From: Antedon mediterranea
Taxonomy: Eukaryota; Animalia; Echinodermata
Assembly: GCF_964355755.1 (NCBI RefSeq)
Contig: NC_092680.1
Span: forward strand, 17,927,045 to 17,991,044
Direction: 5' to 3'
Length of the DNA stretch: 64,000 nucleotides
A program made the position numbers and the translations under genes. Every line of letters begins with the position of its first letter. Position 1 is the stretch's first letter. Positions 13,652 through 27,400 of this stretch are shown piece by piece. The notes under the pieces are model-generated. The model was given only the letters and a program-made list of their open reading frames with translations, was not told the origin of the DNA and did no database searches.

Positions 13652-16600
13652 AAGACGTAGTCAGTATGAGATTGCTATGTTGAAATACGTGCCTTTTTTA
13701 TCTAAGCTAAATACCGTACCACAGGGATCGTAACGAGCTAGTTTATTTAGATCTCTATCTACACTATCAAACTTTATGTGACAACAAAATGTGTCCCCAT
13801 AATATGGACATGATGATGTCATATCACTACCATATTTGGGCATATCGCCACCATATTTAGGCACATCACACTAGTTTGAAATTTTACAAATATGATTTCC
13901 TCAGTCTGAACCAAGGTTAGACTTCATTGCGAATCGAAATTTGCAATTATTTACCATAAACTTTTATACAAGATAGAATTGAAAGTAGAGAAATATTAAT
14001 AACGATATTGTAAGTGATGTCATAATTGGGAATGCTCATTACTATTATATATTCAAAACACAATTAATAACTCTGCAAATCTTTAGTGTACCCTTAATAT
14101 CAAATACGTTGATGAAATAGAATGCTACATAAAACATAAACAATTGTATCAGTAAATCACATGTTATAATGTTACTCATTATAATGGCATTAGACGATGA
14201 CGCGTTAAAATATTCTCACTTGCGTCACACGCACCAGGCGATGACGCGATGCAGCAGTGTGTGCACCATTCACCATAATATTATATTTCTCATTATTAAA
14301 CAAGTTTTTAATAAGCAATGTACTGAGTTAATGACCAACTGGCCAACCAATCACCCCAGCAACCAAATGACCAGTGGTTTGACTGGCTCGAGTTATTGGT
14401 CAGTCTGCTTGTTAATCCATAGTCCATAAACCACAACCGATAATGATATTGATGATGATGATTAAATAAAAACACAATATGGTGTTATAACAAACGATGT
14501 CAATATTATACAATAATGATAACAACGGGACTTAATTTTAACCGTTGACGAAATGTAACAAATAACTATTTTATGATATGTTATTAAGTCGTTTTGTGCA
14601 AAGGTTTATATTCCATAAACGTTATTAATACGCATCATGTAAAAGTAGTGCACCACAATCAGCTATGACGTTCACAGCAGACGATATAAATCCATATGGA
14701 ACTGATCACATGAACAAAAAAAGGAACATTTTATACAATAATGTGACAGTTATATACACACATAACCGCATAATAATGCTAATTGCGTCTCCGTTGCGCC
14801 GCGTTTAACTACTGATGCGTACAGAATAATAACAAGTTGGACTGTAGTGATAGCCTTCAGAATTTTATATTATTCTTCGTATCGATGGAACTGCGATATG
14901 AATCGTCGCGATCAATCCACACTGTGTGCGCCTGTGCTGTTTATAGAAACGTTGTTATCGGTAAATGCTGCTGTGGCATTTCTATATAAACGACGGGATA
15001 TCGACCAGTTACTACTATTATAATACGTACGTTCAATAAAGGTCATTCGTAATATTAGCAACCAACGTTGAAACATTATTTTTCACTGTTGTGTTCATAT
15101 TTGTTGGCATTGGCTATTCGAATTTATAACAAGAAAATACTATGCGTATACGATTGGATTTGACTTTGACGGAAAATTAATACCACGGTTGAATCATCAG
15201 ACTTATAGCCAGGCTAGCTGTACTGAAAATAGGAATTTTTAGGCCTGCTTTCTTCTTGGGATTTTTTTTTAAACCAGTGACGATGTGTAACGTATGGAAT
15301 GGTGTATCACCTTTATTAAAAACACAAATATTTAATCGCAGACTGGATAGAAACTTAGAAGGAAAACATCCTTCAGTTACAATGGAAGTTAATTCTGACA
15401 GACAAGTTCCAAGTATTCGTGATGATACCAGACACAGGTATGTTATATTATAATTATCCAATAATGCGCTTATATAAACACGCTCTACTTTATGCTTAAG
15501 CTCACGGGTATTGTATTATATTATTATCAATATTGTATTAGTATAATTCATAATACTATGTACTGTATTAAAAACAAGAATTATTACGTCGACGCATCTG
15601 TTCAAAACGAATGATGTGGCGATAAAATACAATTGCGCAACTCATTGAGAAGTGTGATTGGGTGGTGAAATTACGTGCGCTGTGTATATACGTTCTGTGT
15701 TGAATTGCGTCGTACTTTATTAGTGGTTTCCACTTCTTGGACGCAACGCAAAGACGTAAGCGCAACGCAATCGAGCGACAGTTCAGATAATCCATTGCTT
15801 GTGATTGGTCAAATTACTTACGTTGCGCTTACGTCCTTACTTGAGTCCTAGCTTAGTTTGATTTAAATTTATTAGGAAAAATCATCATAAAAAATACATA
15901 CAACGTGATAACATAAATTACTGACATTACAAATAATACATTTATAAAAGGTTTTCCAGGATAGCCCAAAAGGCTTATTAGCTTATTTCTATTGGGATCC
16001 TTTTATAATCTAAAATAAAAAATATAAACGTTAAAAAGTATTGCATTAAACACTTACATTATTTTAACAAAAACAATAATATAGGCCTATATAAAACAGA
16101 CTATTATTTGATTATCTTACACTGCGACTACGAGAAACATCGTTTACGAGCGCGTACAAAAGTCGTACCGTCTGATCAATATTTGAACGCGCGCGTGTCG
16201 TTGCGTGTCACTGACGTTGAGAATATCATTATTAAGTGTATCATAACTATGGATTATTCTATTTACTGCCTACAATTCATGTCAATCTATATCTGAAAAC
16301 TGCTCATTTCAAGTCTTACAGATACATAAACGAGAAGCATAATTGTTTTTTTCATCCATCATATCTCATGGCGTAGGTACCTAGCGAGAGGTTAATTGTC
16401 TAGCAAAGCTCAACTTGATTATCTTATTGGATGGCTTGAAGATCACATTTTCTCTTTACCTTCTTGCTAGTTCTAGATTCTTCTACTACCTAGATGACCC
16501 ACATCCTCTCCAGCCAGATGACCTTAACCTTCGCGTAATGTGGTAGTTTGTCAGTCAGTCCCCCACTATTGTATAGTTTCATTCTCTTATATTATCTTAT

Positions 16601-18349
16601 CTTGTTTATTGTATATTTTTATAATTACATTATAAATGTTGTTTTTTCGTTCGGGTCATTATACGTAGGCCTATGCTTTTATGTACCGGTAGTCAATTTC
16701 AGCTTTTTCACAGATTTTGTTTCATCAATCTTCAACGACGTCATGACGAGCGGGCGTACTGTACCGTTTTATACGCGCGCCAATATTCAAGATTTAATAA
16801 CAAGGACTAAAGGCTATTGTACTTCTATAGCAGTTTAGAATCTCCTTAATATTACACAAGTTAATACATTTGGATTCAAAACAAAATAGAGAAATGTAAT
16901 GCTGTTGAAAATATATTAAGCGTTTGTATGGTCTATTCGTCTATTTATTTATTTATTTATTTATTCTTTTTACGGTATCTTAATTAATGTAACTAGTTTT
17001 TAGTGGGCCTCCTATCACAAGTCCTTGGGGTTTCTTGGCGGTCCCTTTCATCGGTTATAAATATGTTTTTATCCTCGCTTGTTTTTGTTTGTTTATGAGA
17101 TGAATAAAGAGATTTATGTTATGTTACAAACGTTTAAGTAGGCTAGATAAATTGTTTTGCAAGAAGGGCATATTTATCTGATGTTATTAGTATTTATTTA
17201 TTTATTTATTTATTTATTTATATATAGTATTTGGCTTTATTGTATATTTAATTCAAATTCAAAATTTCTCGGTCAAACGCAAACAATGCAGAAATGTATT
17301 GCTTTCTTCACCTTGACAAAAACGGATTTCCATCCCCCACCCCTATATTAAAAAAAACACCAATAATAATCTTATTTTATATTGTCTGAAGGTTTGCATG
17401 GCGAAATCAAATGTTGATATAAAATGTTGCGGTACACCACGTATATTAATGAATGCAGAAAGTCCAGGAAACTGTGAATATAAACGAAATAGGTGTAAAA
17501 GCTAAAACAATAGTAGGAGGGATTGAAACTAGCTTTACCCAAACGGATTTTCAACCCCCGCCCCCATAAAAAAAAACATAATTATCATAATTTTATTTTT
17601 TTTCCCGTGATATTTTTCTCTTCTATACATCCAAACATTCATAAATCAAAATTTGCCAAAGGGGGGAAATCAACAGCAGAATACTAACAAGCAAATATCA
17701 AAGATATGATATAACTCGTTTAGTTACTTGTTTGCGCAGATGAACAGGTATAGCTAATCTATCGATGAATGTACTTTCTCATGGTATCTGTTACATTCAC
17801 CCAACCTACATATTGATTGGCCTTGGTTCAATGTATGTAACACTATTAGTATCATACATTATGGATTCATTCGAGGGATGGTAATTTACAACATATGTCG
17901 TAAGCAAACATTGTTACATTAAAGTAAATTGTTTTTATAATTAGCATTATTCATTTAGCTAGCATTGTCGTCATCCTTACAATTCAGTATTATTTATTGG
18001 CACTCGCTATAGAATCAGCGGCACACACCTTTCGGTGAGACTTGCTCCAAGTCTGTAGTTATTTCGATGTTTACAAGCTCAAGTAGTATACGTCTGAAAC
18101 GCCATATGTGTCAAAATATTATCTTTTTACTAATACTAAGTTATGGAACCCAGACTTCTTTTGGTGGTGCGTCCATACCAATATAAACAACAAAGTATAC
18201 AAAGTTTTACAGGAAAATGTTCGTTTTCGTTATATTGTAATCACACCAGTAATCACCCAGTGGGCACAGAACATAATTTCAACGTTGAATCAACGTTGAA
18301 ATATAGTTGATTTGTTGAAATCATGTTGTCAGCGTATTTCAAACGTTGA

Positions 18350-20030
18350 ATCAACGTTGAAATAACATTTTTTCCCTAACTCTTTTTTTTACGTTTAGTA
18401 ATAAACATTGAATCAACGTTGAAATAACATTTTCTTTTTAACTAGTAATTTATGTTAATTAATAAATGTTGATTTAACGTTGAAATAACATTGTTTTTCA
18501 AACAAATGTTTTACGTTAATTTATAAATGTTGATTCAACGTTGAAATAACATTGTATTTTTAACTAGAAATTTACGTTAATTTATCAATGTTGATCCAAC
18601 GTTAAAATAACATTGTCCTTCTAACTAGTAATTTACGTTAATTTATCAATGTTGATTTAACGTTGAAATAACATTGTCTTTCTAACTAGTAATTTACGTT
18701 AATTTGTCAATGTTGATCCAACGTTGAAATAACATTGTCTTTCTAACTAGAAATTTACGTTAATTTATCAATGTTGATCCAACGTTGAAATAACATTGTA
18801 TTTCTAACTAGAAATTTTCGTTTTATTATCAATGTTGATCCAACGTTGAAATAACATTGTATTTTTAACTAGTAATTTACGTTAATTTATCAATGTTGAT
18901 CCAACGTTGAAATAACATTGTATTTTTAACTAGTAATTTACGTTAATTTATCAATGTTGATCCAACGTTGAAATAACAATGTATTTTTAACTAGAAATTT
19001 ACGTTAATTTATTAATGTTGATCCAACGTTGAAATAACATTGTATTTTTAACTAGAAATTTACGTTAATTTATTAATGTTAATCCAACGTTGAAAAACAT
19101 TGTCTTTTTAACTAGTAATTTAAGTTAATTTATCATTGTTGATCCAACGTTGAAATAACATTGTCTTTCTAACTAGTAATTTACGTTAATTTATCAATGT
19201 TGATCCAACGTTAAAATCACATAGTATTTTTAACTAGAAATTTACGTTAATTTATCAATGTTGATCCAACGTTGAAATAACATTGTATTTTTAACTAGTA
19301 ATTTACGTTAATTTATCAATGTTGATCCAACGTTAAAATCACATAGTATTTTTAACTAGAAATTTACGTTAATTTATCAATGTTGATCCAACGTTGAAAT
19401 AACATTGTATTTTTAACTAGTAATTTACGTTAATTTATCAATGTTGATCCAACGTTGAAATAACATTGTATTTCTAACTAGTAATTTACGTTAATTTATC
19501 AATGTTGATACAACGTTGAAATAACATTGTCTTTATATCTAGAAATTTACGTTAATTTATCAATGTTGATCCAACGTTGAAATAACATTGTATTTTTAAC
19601 AAGAAATTTACATTAATTTATCAATGTTGATCCAACGTTGCAATAACATTGTATTTTTAACTAGAAATTTACGTTAATTTATCAATGTTGATCCAACGTT
19701 GAAATAACATTGTATTTCTAACTAGAAATTTACGTTAATTTATCAATGTTGATCCAACGTTGAAATAACATTGTATTTCTAACTAGAAATTTACGTTAAT
19801 TTATCAATGTTGATCCAACGTTGAAATAACATTGTATTTTTAACTAGTAATTTACGTTAATTTATCAATGTTGATCCAACGTTGAAATAACATTGTATTT
19901 TTAACAAGAAATTTACGTTAATTTATCAATGTTGCTCCAACGTTGAAATAACAATGTCTTTCTAATTAGTAATTGACGTTAATTTATCAATGTTGATCCA
20001 ACGTTGAAATAACATTGTATTTCTAACTAA
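18350..20030. repeat. 61-bp tandem array, about 27 copies (left arm of the EnSpm-like element)
   Basis: Unit AACGTTGAAATAACATTGTATTTTTAACTAGAAATTTACGTTAATTTATCAATGTTGATCC. Confidence 0.95.
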
Positions 20031-21353
20031 TAATTGTTTTCAAACAATTATTATTTTTGTTTTTCAATGTTATTCCAACGTTATTTTAACGTTGAAATCC
20101 AGTTGCCATTTTCAAATGACATGTTTTCAACGTTGAAAAACTCTTGAAATTATGTTGTTTTTTCAAACAATTATTATTTTTGTTTTTCAATGTTAATTAA
20201 ACGTTAAATTAAAGATAAATTCTATTTAATACTTTAATACTAATACATTTTTTAATACTAAAGTGCGTTGCCATTGATGTTTCAACGTTAAATTAACATT
20301 AGATTTCAGTTGGCGGTTTATTTTATCATCCTTTATTGTAAAACAAATGATTATTGGTTATTTAGGAATTTTAGATTGGCAAATATTATTGTCTCTGTAT
20401 AATACAAAAATGTTCTAGAAGTTGTGTTGAAAATTGAATGATCCTTTCATGCAAGATCAAATTTCATAAGATACGAGCTTGTCATTGGTTTAGTTTCGTT
20501 TTGATAAAATTTTGAAACTGGTGTCATGTCAGTAATTTCAGTTACTTCGACGTAGGCTAGGCCTACAGCAGTAGTGGTGTGTAGAAAAAAAAGGCTCATC
20601 ATTGAAATTGTCAAATAAGTATGTTTTGAGGTAGGAAAACAATCTTTTTTATTTGTAATCTACTAATTTATAAGCTTTGAGCTTGACTATTTTACTCTAG
20701 TCTTATCAATAGCTAGCCTCTAGTCTAGTAGGCCACACATGCATAGCTAGGCTATAGCCTGGTAGGCTAGGCCTAGAGGCTAGGCAGGCTGCCAAACTGA
20801 TCATGCATGGAGGTATAACCCCTCCATGAACTGATGAACTGAATTCACTCACTAGGCCTAGTGGAAGCATTTAGTATTATGCATGTCAAGGGCAAACATT
20901 TGCCTTGCCAAGGATAACTACAGTACTGTACTTACTTATATGGTTATAACATGGTATGTATTAGGCCTTTTAGTTCAATACTTTCTTTATTTATCCAAAA
21001 GTATACATAAATATAACATTATAATATATAATTAGTTGGCCTAGCTAGCTTTCTGCTAGGCTGTCTACAGTAGCTGCTAATGCTATTAATATTAGTGTTA
21101 ATATACAAACACATGCTGCTAGCCTAGAACGGCTATTTGTTAAACTTACTCGCTTTCTTTATTTCAGATTGTAGGCCTAGCTAAGGCCCTGGCCTATGCC
21201 TAGCTAGAGTACAAAATAATGAAGTACATGTAGGCCTATAATCTTTTCTATGAATCAAACGAGAAAAATCTAATGGATGATCAATAATATTTTTATATAC
21301 AAAAGGTTGGTATTTATAGTTCTTAACTTTAATATTGAATTGAATAAATATTA

Positions 21354-22333
21354 CGCCGTGGTTAGGATTCCGGCACCGCAACTCAACTTCCCATCGTTAG
21401 GGAATCCGACACGCTATTGCGCATTTCCAGAGCGAAGTAATTATAGCTTGCACTAGTGCCACAGACCGCGCACCACATTACCCGAGAGTCGGAGTGTTAA
21501 CTAGGGATGTACTGTGTAGCCAAAGATATCTTTGCTGTGGCCTAGTTAGTCGTCGCGCGGGGGAGAGAGCGATGGATGAAACTTGGCCTAGGCCATACAT
21601 GAATTAATAATTACGCCACGCGTTAAAATAATTATTATGATATTGATAAGAATCAGCTTGCGTATTTCAAGAAATGTACGAAAATGAATAGCGTAGCGTT
21701 GCGACACCGACTTCTCCCGAACAGTTCTGTTTTTTTTTTTCACATCCGCACGGCGGCTGCTGTCAACAAATCAACTTGTATACGATTGCATGATGTTATG
21801 TACAGTATAAATGCGTTATATGAAATCTTTTATTTTGTACTTGAAAAATCATAAAAAATAAAACTAGTCATGCAATTATAATTCATAAATATATAAAGTT
21901 TATATATGAATGAAGCAAATTTAATTACGAAATAAATAGGCCCAATGGTCACATCTAGCTGGTAGGCCTACTAGTATTAGTAGGCATGTAGGCCGGCTAG
22001 TTTGCCGTGGCGCAGCTATTAAAATGATCCATCGCTGTAAAGCTTGGTTCCCACTAGAACGTAACGCAAGGACGTAAACGCAACACAAGCGTTTTAACCA
22101 ATGACAAGCGAAGTTATAGACAGTTAGCAATCACAAGCGAATAAGCCATCGCTTGTGATTGGTCAATTTACTTGCGTTACGTCCTTGTGTTGCGTCGCTA
22201 GTGGGAACCACGCTTTGGTCTGTTGTAGACAAAAATAGAGTCGCCGATTACCTTGCTCTGGGCATGCGCAATAGCTTGTCGGATTCCCAACGCTGGGCAG
22301 TTGAGTTTCGGTGCCGGAATCCTAACCACGGCG
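21354..22333. mobile_element. MULE(Mutator)-like non-autonomous element nested in the EnSpm-like element
   Basis: About 90-bp TIR starting CGCCGTGGTTAGGATTCCGGCACCG; perfect 9-bp TSD TAAATATTA (21345-21353, 22334-22342). Confidence 0.85.
22041..22214. mobile_element. Harbinger-like MITE family B nested in the MULE-like element
   Basis: AGCTTGGTTCCCACTAG ... CTAGTGGGAACCACGCT. Confidence 0.8.
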
Positions 22334-23489
22334 TAAATATTAATACAGTGTTGCAATATTATTTACATAAATTGAATTGATTGCATATTTTACGTGTAAG
22401 TGTGAAATGATGTTCTGAATTGAATTTTTGTTTATGTACAGTATGATTTTTGAACAATGTGTTAAAGATATAATTGAACTGAACAATTTTTTTTTAAATG
22501 TTTTGTTGAATATGCCGTCACTATAGAGTTGTTCACTTTGACCAAAAATTAGATTTTTAAAAATGCATTTGTACCTTAAAAGGGGGACAATTTAAACAAA
22601 CAATTGGTTTTTGGTTAAATGTACTGTTTATTTTGTATTTTTGTTAAGTGAAATCTTTATTGTTTTTGTTTATTTTCTACGGCAAGTGAATATCTAAATT
22701 GTTAAAATTGCAAAATGGCAAGGTATTCAAAGTATGATTGTATTAATCTTCATTGTTCATGTTTTTTGGGGACAATAAATCTTTCAACAATTAATTTTTT
22801 ACTGTATTATTTTTGTTTAAAACTACAGTAACTTGATTGAATTTGTTTCAGGTTTGGAAAAATAATATTGCCACACTTTTGGAAAGCATAGGACAATGTC
22901 AACACAGGAATCGAGGCAACTGTTTATTGACTAATCGGAACAATGCAATTACAGTACAGTATTGTGTTATTGCCATCATTTGGACTTCTGCAACATTAGC
23001 ACAAGGCACCTGTGACGTGTGTTGTATTTATTGTGTTTTACTGTAATCTGCCAATATTTATAGTTATTCAATCATGTTAGTTGGCAAACATATTACAAAC
23101 TGGTTATTTGTATATTTTTTATACTTAACATTGGTACCTGAGAACTGTCAGTGAGGATGTACATTATTTGATTGTTGCTTGGATTTTGCCTGATGATTTG
23201 ATAACACCTGATTAAATGTTATTTTATGTTTTTATAGAAATTAAAGATTAGTAAGATATACAGTATTTATAAAATGTCTCTATTGATGGATTCTGCGACG
23301 TAACAGTAACTTTACTACTAACTACTTTAAAAACGTTGATTCAAATTGGATATAGTAATTTAACAAATCAAATTTCAACGTTAAATCTATGTTTAAATTT
23401 ACGTTGATGCAAATTTTCATTTCAACTTAATTATTACGTTGTTTCAACGTTAATAATTTCAACATTGAAAATTTCAACGTAGACATTTT

Positions 23490-24150
23490 TACGTTGTTTC
23501 AACGTTGATAATCTATGTTGAATCAACGTTGACATTTTTGTTGAGGCAAACTTTCATTTTCAACCATTTTTTCAACGTTATTTCAACGTTACTTATTTTA
23601 ACGTTGTTTCAACGTTGATAATTTCTATGTTGATTCAACGTTGACATTTACGTTGAGGCAAACTTTCATTTTCAACCATTTTTTCAACGTTATTTCAACG
23701 TTGCCTATTTTAACGTTGTTTCAACGTCGATAATTTCTATGTTGATTCAACGTTGACATTTACGTTGAGGCAAACTTTCATTTTCAACCATTTTTTCAAC
23801 GTTATTTCAACGTTACCTGTTTTAACGTTGTTTCAACGTTGATAATTTCTATGTTGATTCAACGTTGACATTTAAGTTGAGGCAAACTTTCATTTTCAAC
23901 CATTTTTTCAACGTTATTTCAACGTTTCTTATTTTAACGTTGTTTCAACGTTGATAATTTCTATGTTGATTCAACGTTGACATTTACGTTGAGGCAAACT
24001 TTCATTTTCAACCATTTTTTCAACGTTATTTCAACGTTACTTATTTTAACGTTGTTTCAACGTTGATAATTTCTATGTTGATTCAACGTTGACATTTACG
24101 TTGAGGCAAACTTTCATTTTCAACCACTTTTTCAACGTTATTTCAACGTT
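23490..24150. repeat. 112-bp tandem array, about 6 copies (right arm of the EnSpm-like element)
   Basis: GAGGCAAAC recurs at 23543, 23655, 23767, 23879, 23991 and 24103. Confidence 0.95.
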
Positions 24151-27100
24151 TGCAGATAACGTTGAATTAACGTTAATTCAACCAATTTTTGCCCACTGGG
24201 CATCATTATCGTGACAGACAGAGAGATAGACACAATTATCTCCACTATCACTATTATGATTTTGATATCGTTATATTATCATTGACGTCATCAGCAGCAA
24301 TGTCATTTAATGTCAATCCTCATTCTCGTCTGTGTCTTATTTGCCTCATCATTGTCAACAACATTAACAACAACAACTACTATCTAACTCTAATCTAAAC
24401 ATAATCCTTGTGCATCAAAATATTCTATGAGTCATATGCCCGAATGTTTTTTAAAAATGGTGCATCTTTTTCGGCTTGCCAGGGGCGAAACTTTCAGCGG
24501 GAGAGTGCACTCAGACATCCTCAGTCGAGAATAATGTTTATATATGTGGGCATATCACTACCATATTTGGGCACATCACAGTTTTTTGTTGTAAAACTAG
24601 TTTGATAGTGTAGACAGAGCTTAACTCGATAGTTTAGCTTTCTGTGGAAAATTGTTATTGCTGAAAATGATAAAATTGATTGAAATGTTGAAAAAGATTT
24701 TTGTCATTTTATCAGTACTCAGAGATGTTATATCTAAATAGAATTGTCACGTGAGTGGTTAAACATGTACATTACTATTTTTATCATTATACTTAGAAAT
24801 ACTTACTGTCATCTAGGTCTCAGTGAGTGATTCATTATGACGAATCCAGGCTCGGCTATACCTGGCCTAGCGAACATTCACCTGACGGGTAAGGTGGCTA
24901 GAATAAGCGAATGAATCATGAAAATTGACACATACTTTGTAATGCTCATTCTGAGTCAGGCGTGCCTGGGAAATCGGTTAGCCGATTGAAAAACTGAAAC
25001 AATACCTTCTTGAACTGCTTTACTATGTTAATGTTAATATAGAGAATAGTCGAAGATGCCAAGAAATAATTAGAATTCGTTTCACGCTAGCTGTCTTTGC
25101 TTTCTAAGAAATATTTGCCTATAGCCAAATTTACAGTTTACAGGACTCGGTATAGATAATGTCATATTGTTCAATTAAGCTATTGTCTTTGTTTTTGATG
25201 TAGATACCTTTATTTATTTAGAATACGATACATTATGAAGTCCGTTTTATTTATTTATTTGGCATATTAGTTTTAATGTGACCAATTCACATGGTAGTCT
25301 CATTATGTTAAAGAAAACACAGAGGACCAATCATCTGTTGAATATGTCAATTGGAACTAAATGTAACTACTTAACTACTTTTATATTATTACTATTTATT
25401 TATTATTTATTAAGCTACATTAATATAATTAAAATTATGATTATCTCTTGAGCTAATGAAGCAATATCCGGTTTGGAAACAGATGTGTTCTTTTTTTGTT
25501 AAATCATTTTAATTTAAATATCTCAGCGCAAGGAGTTATTATTGTAGAATAATACAGTAGGCCTAATAACTCTCTGGGTAGAGTCACAATTTGTGGCAGG
25601 GTTTAGAAGAAAAAAACCATGGGTTTGGGTATAAGCTACAACAGTAGGGTTAGGATGTTTTTCAGGCAATTTAGGGATTGCACGGGCCAGGACTTTGGCA
25701 CTGTCGTGAATGTGTGTCCTTTTCAAATTACCATGGCTTTGGCGTGGGGTAGGGAATCGAGGTTATTTTTATGAATTATTTTAATATAGTAATTAAAATG
25801 AATAAAGGCCATCGTTATTACTATTAAATTTAACGTTTTGTCAAAGATAAAGTAGAGTTTTAAACATGGACGTTTATTGATTTTAAGTAATAACACATAA
25901 TTATTAACAGAATGCAGGTTAGTTTATAAAAATAGATTTCCCTTCCCAATGTCGCAAAAAGATTAATATTTGTATCGCAGGCTTTTGTCGTGCGGCGGCG
26001 CCACCACTTGCTAATTACGTCTGCTGCCCATAGGAATGCATTATACGTGCTCATCATCCGTTATATTTGTGTACAGTATTTAGATTTTCTCATCTAGGAG
26101 TCAACATTACACAATGTGGATCTATATACCTTTAGATAAACCCTAATCGATATGTGACAAAGGTAGGCGGGATGTGCGTGAAATTAATCCCAATCTAATT
26201 TGCATAAATATTATACGTACTGTCACAGTTCAAATAGTGTGCGTTTCATCATTTGCTGTAGGCCTAATTGAAGTCCGTGACGTTAAATATGCACACTATA
26301 GCCACCATTTTGGAACCATTCTGTTACGCTTAAAAAAAAAAATTATTTCGCTTATAAAAAGACAAGAATTTTAACCCAAACCCATTGTCTGACAGACAAT
26401 TTTTTTTTTAAATTACACTTTATTCTCAGTGATTTTTGTTTTTCGATCCAGTTTTTGGTCAAAGTGAATAATTATTACGTGTCATTAAAATGGCATATCT
26501 AACAAAAAATTTGATTTTAAATGCACAGTGAACAGTTTTAGTTTGATAATTAGAGGATTAATTGTGGTGGATACTACCATCACGAGAACAGTGTGAACAT
26601 TAATCATACACCATCATTTGAATTAATAATTGCTTTTCATTTTTTAAATGAAATTCTGAACCCAATTGTTCTTCTCAGTTCATTGTAAAACCCCAGCAAC
26701 TTCGCTCTGTTGCTCGTAATTATACGAATCCCCCATGATCGTATAAAATGATGAGGCTTTATTGTTGAGATAATTAAGGCCTGTAAGGTAATTTTAATAT
26801 CTGGTCGCGCTGCTTTCAACACAATTATAAGGTTATACAGGTTCACTCGAATCACCTCGCACTATTATATATAAGTGAACATTATATTTTCTTTAAATGC
26901 AAATTCAAACAAATACCGTTAATTAGACTATCGATAGATTCTAAGTTGATGAATGTAAATAGATGCATGCATCATGACAGCTTGACTATGCATTTTTGAC
27001 AGTAGGAGTCGCCAGCTTACCGATTTTCTAAATTAATTTAACCCTCTAAATATCTCTCGCAAAAACAATATGTATTCTCCATAATAATAATATTTCTGTG

Positions 27101-27220
27101 CTCTGTTCTGGCACCTGTTTTTTTCTTTCCTTGCCTTTTATATTTGTTTTGTCTTCTTTGCCTTTTATGGCAGAAAATTGAATAAAGAAACAAAACAATG
27201 AAAATTGTAAAAAATCCAGA

Positions 27221-27400
27221 GAGATTCGAACCCAACCTAGAGCTGAGAGTACTCATAACCGACCATTACGCCATTTATGAAAACAAATCTGTAGAGATTC
27301 GAACCCAACCTAGAGCTGAGAGTACTCATAACCGACCATTACGCCATTTAAGAAAACAAATCTGTAGAGATTCGAACCCAACCTAGAGCTGAGAGTACTA
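27221..27400 (-). repeat. 73-bp tandem repeat (about 2.5 copies) of a tRNA-like/SINE head fragment
   Basis: GAGATTCGAACCC at 27221, 27294 and 27367; minus strand reads TGGCGTAATGG (A box) ... GGTTCGAATCTC (B box). Confidence 0.7.

Larger units (their letters stand above)
18256..24200. mobile_element. 5.9-kb non-autonomous EnSpm/CMC-like element with satellite-expanded subterminal arms
   Basis: TIR CCCAGTGGGCA / TGCCCACTGGG; 2-bp TSD CA (18254-18255, 24201-24202); both arms built of TCAACGTTGA palindromes; no transposase ORF seen. Confidence 0.85.

Noticed and set aside
14460-15461. Possible decayed membrane-transporter pseudogene (hydrophobic stretches such as TLFFTVVFIFVGIGY; ORF 15177-15461)
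   Set aside because: Fragments are short, on inconsistent strands and frames, and lack a recognisable family motif; a BLASTx search would be needed.
18350-20030. CRISPR-like regular array (also 30877-31461, 33196-33514, 57241-57903)
   Set aside because: Units are contiguous tandem repeats without unique spacers, there are no cas genes, and the context is eukaryotic and intron-rich.
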